A stretch of DNA of 64,000 bases from Rhodosorus marinus CCMP1338 (lineage: Eukaryota > Plantae > Rhodophyta), in assembly GCA_029953675.1 (NCBI GenBank), contig JAMWBK010000007.1, forward strand, positions 1,488,001 through 1,552,000, given 5' to 3'. Below, piece after piece: positions 49,252 through 59,005 of the stretch; the first letter of the stretch is position 1; every line of letters begins with the position of its first letter. The notes beneath the pieces were generated by a model. The model ran no database searches and had not been told where the DNA came from. It worked only from the letters and a program-made list of their open reading frames with translations. A program made the position numbers and the translations under genes.

Positions 49252-51872
49252 AATTGCTCTGATTTGGCTTCCCGGTTTTCTTACGTTGATACGAGTTAAC
49301 TTGTTTGTGCCTCTCCGCAGTTCCGAAGGAGGAGACCTCAGGACGAGGTGTCTTCTCAATTTTCTCCGGTGAGCGCGAAGTAGAACCGCACAAACTCTTC
49401 TGCAATTCTTGCATTTCTCATGACGCTGTATACGGTTGGATCTCATAGGTTCCACTGGACATAGTCAAGAATCAAATGACCTGGTCCCTGTCCGAAACTG
49501 GGTGGAAAGGGCGTTCGCAGATAATGCGTCTCCAGCCGATAAGGTTGGAGAGGTCAGCAGCGACGGGAGTGTTGGCACAAGCCCCGCCCCACCATTGATC
49601 TAATTCGAAATGTGTATAGTTAATACTGTCATCGTCCCCCGGATTTGTAATTCGCGGGAGTAGACACTGCTCATGAACTGGAGAACAACTCTACTCCCGA
49701 TGCTGGACTTGCTGGCTTAGCTACTGGAGATCAAGCTGCTTTCAGCCTTGTATGGGAGCCTCGCATTTTTCTTCCAACTCAGCCACCTGGAGTTTGAAAT
49801 GCGCTGATCGTTGAGTTGGCATTTTGCTCTCCCGACTCCTTCCGGAAGAGGTAGGGTTGACAGCTGTTCCGCGATTCATACACGTCTCCTTCCGTTCGCT
49901 CGTTTCTAATGAAAAATCCGCTCTCAGGAATACTAGCCTGCGGCTCAAGATTAGCTACGGTGGAAGATTGGAAGAGATACAATCTCGTGAGCGATCAACG
50001 GAGTCCTCTGGTTGCGGAAATCCAATCACAGGTTCAAATGCAAATGTGCTAAAACCATGACTACTAGCAGAAATTGAACGAATACATCTGCCGCGAGGAG
50101 TTGCTTTCATTTGAAACGATTGCCCGGGTCGAAGTTGCCGTTTCCCCTGACTTGAAACTCACGAAGCATTGATTATTGCAGAGCTCCTTACGGGTGGCTT
50201 TCTGGTGACGACATCTCCACCGCCCTTGGCATCTGTGGAGTCTTGATATGGAACACAACAAAACAAACTAGTTCAACTTGTTTTCAGGCGAGCAGACCGT
50301 CTCTACCATATCTTTCAGACCACCCAGTGGGTTGGTGAAGATGGGTCTAGCAGTGGTTGCGGCTTGATCCTGGGGAGATATGCAATTGCTTGATGAAGGC
50401 TTGAGGGACAAGTGGTCTCGCCATATCCGGACGAGCAAAAGCCACCCTCTGCTCGAATACGACTAGTGCACCAAGAACCAAAACAAGGTTGTAATGGAAT
50501 CCGCGAATTTTGGGCAAGATTCCCATACTTCATTTTCTTTCTATATTTAAAAGAAAGCAATAAAAATGGATTTCATCTTTTCATAAAATATTCATGGAAC
50601 TGTTCCCCGATGAACCGAACTCAAGCGATTTAATTAAGATCATCCAATGAAATTTGTATTCCAATGAAATCGCCTAAAACAATTCCAATTTTTCAACTCA
50701 ATTTGGAAAGTTTTTGTAATCTAAACCCGAAAACGAGAATTGCGTGGATGAAATAGATTGGAAATAATTTCTTATTGGCTATTTGCACAGTGTCGTAACG
50801 GCACATGTCTTGGAATGGATGGAAAGTCTTGTATCGTAGTGAATAGCCACCAATCTATGGAGGTCCAGCTCGGGGTTTGAAACGAACTCGCGGTGGCAAA
50901 CAGAGCAATTTGCTCTGTTACAAGACAAGAATTAGCTGCAGCCTCAGATACTGGTGTGCAGCCAGAGGCCGGAGCTCCATGTCGAAGTTTGTTCAAGGGC
51001 CACAAACGACATAAGGAACGAACATCAGCGTCAAGAGTCTGAATTATCCCCTGTTGGTCGGGGAAGCAGGACAATGCCAAGCCGGCAACGAACTCCTCCT
51101 CCCCTCTTCTACTTGTTGAAAAGATCTGAAAAGAATCAATAGTCAAAAAGTTTGAATGCGTCAGTCCGTTGGTGATTTTCTTGACCGTCCTGCTGGTGAA
51201 TCTACGAATCGGATGGTTCAGAGAGAAAAATGCATTGAGTTTTGAAAGGCTGACGGGGTTTGTTTTTCAAGGGACGATGAAGCAGTGAATCCATAACAAA
51301 GGACGCAGGCACTGGAAAACTTATTGGACAGGTTCGCATAGATGCCTTTCCGAAGAATTCGCATGGCCGCTGGCCGTCCGAGAACGAAGTGAGAGGCGGT
51401 AGCTTCAGTTCGTATCTTAGATATGGAGGCTGTGAGGGAACGGGATCAACGCGGCCGTTTTTGTTTAACGGACCAGAACATCGGCCACACGTTCTGAAAA
51501 AAAGGCGTGGGCGACTTCAGATACTGATCTGGACGACCGGCCAATCTTGGGGAGACCCTAGAATGGAATGCGACTTCCGCATTCCGTTTTGAGTTACCCA
51601 AAACTCCTCTGCATTGTTCCGAGAGCAGATGTAACATAGGGTATCGCATGCCGCATGTGTGATGAGATACAGTGACAAATGGACTTCCTCTGGTCTGAGG
51701 CAGCGTAGAAGGAATGCACAGTTGAAAGACTACATAAGAGTCGATCAATTCAGATGCAGATGTCAGGACTTCTCCCAGAGGCTCGGAAGAGCAAGGCAGT
51801 TACTCGGATAGCAAGGGGCAAAAGCAAGGAAACGTTTTTACGTCGTTGTATTATCAGCCCGCTCGATCGAAA

Positions 51873-52184
51873 ATGGCATTCGTTTCTGGAAGCAGCTTTG
51901 TGGGACAGAGGAATGGAGGAAAGCATCAGATATGTAAACGCGATGTGACCTGCGCTACAGTGAAGATGATGGCGAAGAAAGAAAGCACCAAGGAGGAGGA
52001 GAACATCATCGTCACTCTGGATGATCTGAAGCGGGATGAGAAGCGAAGTGGATGGACCTTCCACAGCGAAAACTGGAATGGGAGGATCGCAATGCTGGGG
52101 ATGATCATTGCCATCGGAACCGAGCAGATCAATCCCGCTCATCCCACTATTGCCCAGCAGATCGGTGCTCTCATCGGACAGTAA
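51873..52184 (+). CDS. One-helix LHC-like protein (HLIP/OHP), copy 1
   Basis: MAFVSG transit peptide, GWTFHSENWNGRIAMLGMIIAIGTEQ (ExxNxR chlorophyll-binding motif), intronless. Confidence 0.9.
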   Translation: MAFVSGSSFVGQRNGGKHQICKRDVTCATVKMMAKKESTKEEENIIVTLDDLKRDEKRSGWTFHSENWNGRIAMLGMIIAIGTEQINPAHPTIAQQIGALIGQ

Positions 52185-52375
52185 TGCAAAAATGCTCTGG
52201 TGAGCTACACGGAGGCTCTGTATATATAGTACAATCAGTACACACTCACAGATCGTGAAGCTTACACTACGGAATTTGCACTGAATAGATTTAAACTCAT
52301 GAAAAAATTACTCTGTTCGTAAATGAAAAGGATTTGTTTCTAGTTATATACAACGGGACTCAAGGAATGACAACC

Positions 52376-52471
52376 GACCTTAAGAATCGTGCATGTTATT
52401 GGCGACGGCCGTTGTCCAAACAAGACAATCTACCGGTTGGTCAAGTAAACCAACCAACTAGTGAAATTATG
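52376..52471 (+). repeat. About 100-bp dispersed direct repeat, copy A
   Basis: gacctt.agaatcg..catgt.attg.cgacggccgttgtc.aaacaaga...accggttggtcaagtaaac..accaa..ag.gaa.ttatg, shared with 55762-55859. Confidence 0.85.
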
Positions 52472-52961
52472 ACGGTAACGTGCAAGCGCGTTGCTGTTAT
52501 GCTTGAGCCTAGATGACCCAACTGATTACAGATGGTGAGGTTCGCCTAGCACTAGTGTGGACATATAGGTCTGTAGCACGCCTGTATCAAGGTACCTCTG
52601 AGGCAGCGGGCATGTGAGGCTAACCAGAGAACCTGCCGAACCACCTGAATTTCAACAGCGATAAGCGGAGGTGGATACAAACACTCCCCGAGCCTTTCTG
52701 CAATGATCGGCAAAAGTGTTCGCAACGGGATGTGGGGGGGGAGTTGTTGAGTCACCCTCAAGGATTAGGGTTCCAGTTCAGCATGCTCAAGGTTAAGCGG
52801 TTGGAAGATGATGCTGGGGACATCGGTAACTGGTGCGATAACTTGGGTATCACACGGGGGGAGTTTGCAGCGTTATATGTGATCCTCGAATAGTTCATTT
52901 ATAGTTAGTGTACAAGCTTCAGCTATCGGCGCATCCCGCGCCTGAAAGAGCTGTTTCTTTC

Positions 52962-53249
52962 TTACTGCCCGATCAAAGCTGCCAGCTGCTTCACAACCGT
53001 TGTATGCTCCAAGTTGAGTTGTTCAGTTGTGACGACGACGGCCGGTCCCAACATCGCTAGCCTCCCATTCCACTGTTCACTGCGTAAGGTCCACCCAGTC
53101 CCCTTCTCAGCAAGCATTCTGACCATTTGATCGTCACCACAAAGTGTCATTGCCTTCAACTTCGGTGTGCTGGTCCTCTTGCAGGCCGACCGCTTGAACG
53201 CCATCCTGGGCGACACCACGCTGCTTATTGAATCAGTTACGAACGCCAT
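52962..53249 (-). CDS. One-helix LHC-like protein (HLIP/OHP), copy 2 (divergent)
   Basis: MAFVTDS.., GWTLRSEQWNGRLAMLGPAVVVTTEQ, and a C-terminus QLAALIGQ similar to the other copies. Confidence 0.85.
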   Translation of the reverse strand: MAFVTDSISSVVSPRMAFKRSACKRTSTPKLKAMTLCGDDQMVRMLAEKGTGWTLRSEQWNGRLAMLGPAVVVTTEQLNLEHTTVVKQLAALIGQ

Positions 53250-54978
53250 TTCGAAGTGGTTTTTCCTTCTCCAAAGTCGCTCGTTACTAAAGTCAGTCTC
53301 TCAACCCCCCCCCCACCGCGGATTCTCATCACCACCAAATTTCCACGGTCACCTCCCCCACTCCGAAGAGCACTGAATTCCCCCCTTTAAGTACCTGTAC
53401 CTGTTCTGATTCTCTAACGCATACCCTACACTCCCCCCCCCCCCCATGACCGCCGAATGTATACGAAAGCCATTTAAATTGAATTCGAAAATAATTTCTT
53501 CCATTCTATCAAAAAAGTAGACCAAAAGGTCCTCCGAGATATTGACATGGGACGTTCAATGCCAAAAATATTTCTATAATATTCATAAGTATATATTGAA
53601 AAATGAAAGAAATACTGCCCAAAGCCCAATCAAATTGAGCTTATCGAGAATTATCCAATGATATTCCACAAAATGTCAATTCCGGATATTTTCAATTGTA
53701 AACCCATTTTTCTCCAAAATAATTTAATAATTACCAATTATGAAGAGTTACGTTCATCGTGTACAATCAATTTCCATTAGATCTAGAGGATAAGATTGAA
53801 ATTATCTTAAATTTTAACAGGCCAAAATATCCTTCGGATTTTTTTGCAACCACTAGATGCATTGTTTTATCAATTCTTCAAGTTTGATTAGGTTTTCAAA
53901 ATATTTAAAATATTCATTGCTTCGTTTATCCAATAGTATTTAACTTTTAGACGTGGCGGGAGTGATTTCGGTGTTTTATTCGATCGTATATATCAAGTTT
54001 TAGAAGAAAAAGAAGATGAAAGGAGAATGAATGGACCGTTGCACAAATATTGATAACTTATTGGTTGTTGGTTTAACGCCTCTACAAAAGTGTCGTATTG
54101 ATCTGTTGATATTGGCCATCGATTTTGAAGTAGGAGATAGTTGTCGATCCGTATCTTCAAGACAATCGTCAAATCAGCATCCGGATACAATCTGGTCATG
54201 ATTGAGAAATGAATCAGTTTGTGAGTCGTCTTGCAATGCGGATTAGATATCGATTTGAGAATTCTGCCGATTAGACAGAATGATCGCGTTTTTTCACGGT
54301 AGAGTAGGCGCAATATGGTGAGTTATCGGCGGAACCAATGTTGTCGTTTTTTGTCGCGGGTATAATGTGCTCTATCGGCGTTGGAAACCAGTGTTTGTTC
54401 GTTTTCCAGAGCTGTTTATGAGGGTATCGAATCTGTTAGTCAAGTGAGTTGCACAGCACATATCTGATCGGGAAACATGGAGAGCGGGTCAACGATCTCA
54501 GGGGGAACGAGCTTCTCGAGATGGCATCTTCCGAAAGCATATCTTTCACGAGATACGTTTTGGATCCGCAGTGCGATTGTTCAGTAATTCACCGATTGAA
54601 AATCGTAGCTCCGATTTTGGTACTATGGGAATTTGTTCGCCAAGAGACATGTTTAGAGGGTAGTGTGCTACAAGAAAAACGAACGGTGGGGGGGAAGGTT
54701 GGTAGTCTCGTGCTTACATCAGCTGCTGACAAGTTGGGATGTGTTTTAGTAGGTGGGATTACGCTTTCATTAGCTGCTAAGGGTTGCGTTGTTTTCTAGT
54801 AGGTGGGATTACGCTTATTATTGCGGAAACATGTGTTTTATTTTTAGCTTTCGAGTTAGAATACAGCACTCACCATAGCAGAACGTCTAACAGGACAGTC
54901 TACTCGCAAGCTTACGAAGAAATTTACATACACACACATAGCTTATTTGCTCCACCTCTTGGAAGAAATCCAACGCGT

Positions 54979-55275
54979 TTACTGTCCAACCAACGCTCCC
55001 AACTGGTGAATGATGGTAGGGTGGGCAGGGTTGATCTGCTCGGTTCCAATAGCGATGATTATTCCCAACATTGCAAGCCTTCCATTCCACGCCTCACTGT
55101 AAAAAGTCCAGCCATTTCGCTTCTCATCCAATTTCAGATCGTCGAGTGTGACAATGATCTTATCATCCTTCTCGAGGGCCATCCTTACGGCAGGGGTGCC
55201 GGTGGTCCTCTTGCATGTCTGCTGCCTTCCCGCAACCCTCTGTCCAACAAAGCTACTTCCTGATACGAACGCCAT
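54979..55275 (-). CDS. One-helix LHC-like protein (HLIP/OHP), copy 3
   Basis: MAFVSGSSFVG.., GWTFYSEAWNGRLAMLGIIIAIGTEQ. Confidence 0.9.
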   Translation of the reverse strand: MAFVSGSSFVGQRVAGRQQTCKRTTGTPAVRMALEKDDKIIVTLDDLKLDEKRNGWTFYSEAWNGRLAMLGIIIAIGTEQINPAHPTIIHQLGALVGQ

Positions 55276-55413
55276 TTCGATTATGAGATATTCTGCTTCC
55301 TGTCTGTGAAGTTCTCCAATAGCTGTTCTTCAGATACTTTGCTTCGTAACCTGCTTTTTGCTGCGCTGCTTAATAGACGGAGATTGACGAGGTGAAGGTG
55401 GGGTTCGGTCACC

Positions 55414-55421
55414 TTTATATA
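55414..55421 (-). promoter_or_regulatory. TATA box of HLIP copy 3
   Basis: TATATAAA about 139 nt upstream of the ATG. Confidence 0.55.
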
Positions 55422-55761
55422 CTCTTGCATCTGCGTGCGAGACCGCAACACCGTCTCGATAACGGGGCGGTTTCCCACATTTAGCAGCGAACACCAACTT
55501 TGTCGCATATAGACGACTTGTTGCGAGAACGCAATGCAGGAATGTTCAGAAGATGTCGAGTGAGGCGCAGGAAAACACTCAAGGAGCCAGACCGAACTTC
55601 AGAATCTCTCACATTGTGATCAATGGCCGAACGGCAACACAGGGTACTTGCTACCAAGGGCGAAATGCAGAAAATGGTACGCAGAAACAGTTCCGCGTAC
55701 CGTCAGAATGATGTCGGATGGAGACGACGCAGAAGACTCACATCCGAGGCGGCGTCACATA

Positions 55762-55859
55762 GACCTTCAGAATCGCACATGTCATTGTCGACGGCCGTTG
55801 TCGAAACAAGAAGACGGTTCACCGGTTGGTCAAGTAAACAACCAATCAGCGAACTTATG
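55762..55859 (+). repeat. About 100-bp dispersed direct repeat, copy B
   Basis: Homologous to 52376-52471 in the same orientation. Confidence 0.85.
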
Positions 55860-56101
55860 CAAGATTTCGTCCACAAAAAACTCGTTCGTGGGCGACTTAT
55901 CGGAATTTCTTCTTCGAATAACATTAATATTACTAGAAAAGTAGAAATTATTTATAAGTTATTCTAGTTACATGCTATAATTGGATACGAATGTGAATGT
56001 TTTTTAAAATAATTAGATAGATGTTTACTGATACTCACTTCAACTATTCGAAAGGCAGTATTCTGGGAAAGATCGAATCGAGAGATCTCCAGTCCCCTAA
56101 T

Positions 56102-56785
56102 TCAATATTGATGGCTGTTGTCTAAACTTGAAACTTGAAAGCGATACCCTTAAAGGCCCACTGGAAATACCTTCCAGGACCTTTGGCGGCGCTTCTCTGC
56201 TCACAACTGGGATCCTGGAAGGCCCTATCGTGCGGGATCGAAGGCCTGTTAGGCACCTCAGTATCAAGTGAAAGGTGGAATCGATATCTTGGATCTCTTA
56301 AATCAATATTGATGGCTGTTGATCCAAGACGAAAAAAAAAAAAACAACCTGAAAGCGACACAAGTTTAAGAGCACGTTGGAATCTATCTTTCCATTCTCT
56401 CGCGCCTCCTCAACGTCTGGTAGGCTTCGTGGGGTCGATGAAAACTAAGGAGACGCCTCCACCTTTAATTATCCGCTGACATGGACATCAGTAAATTCTG
56501 ATGGATTTGGTCGATCCATCGAGGTTCCATTCTCTCGCGCCTCCTCAACGTCTGGAAGGCTTCGTCGATGAAAACTAAGGGGACGCCTCCACCTTTAATT
56601 ATCCGCTGACATTTGGTTGAATGGACATCAGTAAATTCTGATGGATTTTGTCGAACTTGAAAGCGGCTCCCTTTTAAACGCTCAGTGGAGTCTATGTTTC
56701 CATGTCTCCAGACCTTTCTCAAATTCGGACGCCTGCGCCATATATATTCACCGACGTTTGGTTGAATGGACATCAGTAAATTCTG
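56102..56785 (+). repeat. Nested local tandem duplications between HLIP copies 3 and 4
   Basis: tcaatattgatggctgttg...gaaagcga at 56102 and 56303. About 120-bp unit ccattctctcgcgcctcctcaacgtctgg...catcagtaaattctgatggattt at 56392 and 56527. Partial third copy tttggttgaatggacatcagtaaattctg near 56757. Confidence 0.9.
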
Positions 56786-57160
56786 CTCTGGCGTTCGTTA
56801 GCAAGTTCAACGGATACATTTAACCATAGAGTAACTTGGCGTGAGGCTCCTGGGAAAAGGCCTTTTCCTGTAAAAACAGGATGGAACCTACGACCAAGTC
56901 ATGGTCAGTAGTTTGAAAGGAAATTATGTCTACGTGAGCAATTATGATTGGATAAAATTCAAGACAAATATGTTTTTTATTAAATATACTTTTCGAGAAA
57001 TATTTTAAATTACTTTATTATTTACATTGGAATATCTCGAAGCCATTTGGCTACGTTTCGCGTCTGAACTGCGTGGAAATCTGTTTTTGGGCATTGCTAT
57101 TCTGATCCTCGATGATGGAATGAAGCGGGGAAGCCAGTTGCACGTTTGCTCTTGGAATAC

Positions 57161-57168
57161 TATATAAA
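57161..57168 (+). promoter_or_regulatory. TATA box of HLIP copy 4
   Basis: TATATAAA about 119 nt upstream of ATG57287. Confidence 0.55.
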
Positions 57169-57286
57169 CCTTGGGTTCACCTCCGACATCCTCACAGCTG
57201 AACAGGCAAGACTAAGGGATAGACTAGATGCAGGTGAAGAGGATAAAATTTTGAGGTCTGAACAGAAAACTATACAAGCGGTCGAG

Positions 57287-57583
57287 ATGGCGTTCGTATC
57301 TGGAAGTAGCTTCGTTGGACAGAGGATTGCGGGAAGGCAGCAGACATGTAAGAGGACCACGGGGACCACTGCCGTGAGAATGGCTCTCGAGAAGGAGGAC
57401 AAGATCATTGTCACGCTCGAGGATCTGAAATTGGATGAGAAGCGAAATGGCTGGACGTTTTACAGTGAGGCGTGGAATGGAAGGCTTGCAATGTTGGGAA
57501 TGATCATCGCCATTGGAACCGAACAGATTAACCCCGCTCACCCTACCATTATTCATCAGCTGGGAGCGTTGGTTGGACAGTAA
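57287..57583 (+). CDS. One-helix LHC-like protein (HLIP/OHP), copy 4
   Basis: Starts at MAFVSG inside ORF 57146-57583. Differs from copy 3 at 5 of 98 residues. Confidence 0.9.
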   Translation: MAFVSGSSFVGQRIAGRQQTCKRTTGTTAVRMALEKEDKIIVTLEDLKLDEKRNGWTFYSEAWNGRLAMLGMIIAIGTEQINPAHPTIIHQLGALVGQ

Positions 57584-58714
57584 ACCCGCTTTGCAATCCT
57601 CCCGAGGTGCAGCAAGTAAGCTATGTGTGTGTATATTCCTTTGCTAACTGCTCGAGTAAAACTGTCCTGTTAGACATTCTGCTACGGAACGTACTGTTTT
57701 CTAACCCAAACCTATAAATAAAACACCTACATACGAAATAACATCTATTAACTATCGTCCGTCCCATGCTAACCCCACAATCCGTGCCAATACTTCACAC
57801 AACATCCACATTTCTTTCAGCCACAAACAAAGAATTATGCCGGTGGTACATAGCTAGTACCAACTTCTACATATTATAAAGTAACTTTTGCCATCTATCT
57901 CCTCCCCTTAAAATTATACTCTATTCACCCCATCTAACTCTATCATCCCATTTCCTGTTCAATGATGGGGCAAAGCAAATTCTCACTATCCTTTCTACAG
58001 TTTGGCTTGTTCCTAGTAACGGCAGGTGAAAGTATGCTACCAGTGCAGGTTGAAAAACTCGTCCTACGCGTTGGCAATAATGCTGCACGTAACTGGAGAG
58101 AAGCGGGAGCAAGTTTGCACTGAGTAACTGCGCACGCTATGTACCCTCCGGCAGAATTTGGATTACGTGATGGATTATTACTCATCGTGGCTGCAGGTGG
58201 TTGTTTTGGTTGGTAGTGATGACTACGTTGTTTAGAAGGAAGGGGAACAATTTGTCCTTCATTTTAGTGACGTTACGTTCGTATGTTCAGTGCCCTGCAG
58301 CGGAAAGGAAAAAATTTATCGGGCATTTTCCTGCCGTGGCAACTATGGTTGTACATAGTTTATTTTGCTAGATAGTAGGACGGTGTGCGATTGATAGGTA
58401 GTGGAACTGCTGATTATATTATGATGCAAGGTTGCTCAGGTGTTGCAGGGTTCTCTAGTAGTGTTTGTATACACCACATGATTGTGTGCGCTGGAATATC
58501 ATAGATTCTGCATTAAAAGCAGGGTTCATTTGAGGCGGTATAAATTGCTTGTGCAAGTTTGAGGAATGATTTTTTTTATTCTCATATTATGTGAGAAAGA
58601 GTTTTTCTCTCGTCCGCAGACGTGCTAACCTTCCAAGCCATAGAGGGTGTACTAGTGCTGCCATTAATTACTGAATAAGTACAACTTCATTTTATACACA
58701 ATACATGTAGGAAG

Positions 58715-59005
58715 TTACTGTCCAACCAAGGCTCCAAGCTGCTGCACAATAGTAGGGTGAGCCGGGTTGATTTGCTCTGTGCCGATGGCGATAATCATAC
58801 CCAACATAGCGATTCTGCCGTTCCAGTTCTCACTGAAGAAAGTCCATCCGCTTCGCTTCTCATCCCTCTTGAGATCATCGAGCGTAATTAGAATCTTATC
58901 ATCATCCTTCTTCGCGGCCATTCTCACGCCACCGCTGGCCCGCCTGCATACTTTCTTGCTGACTGCCTTGTGCCCCACAAAGTTGCTCCCAGATACGAAC
59001 GCCAT
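58715..59005 (-). CDS. One-helix LHC-like protein (HLIP/OHP), copy 5
   Basis: MAFVSGSNFVG.., GWTFFSENWNGRIAMLGMIIAIGTEQ. TATATAA at 59127-59121. Confidence 0.9.
   Translation of the reverse strand: MAFVSGSNFVGHKAVSKKVCRRASGGVRMAAKKDDDKILITLDDLKRDEKRSGWTFFSENWNGRIAMLGMIIAIGTEQINPAHPTIVQQLGALVGQ

Noticed and set aside
49500-51200. Several 60-124-codon ORFs
   Set aside because: No recognisable domain, transposase or reverse-transcriptase motif, and no coherent splicing.
57146-57286. In-frame N-terminal extension of HLIP copy 4
   Set aside because: It starts at TTG, overlaps the TATA box and is absent from the paralogs. The real start is MAFVSG at 57287.
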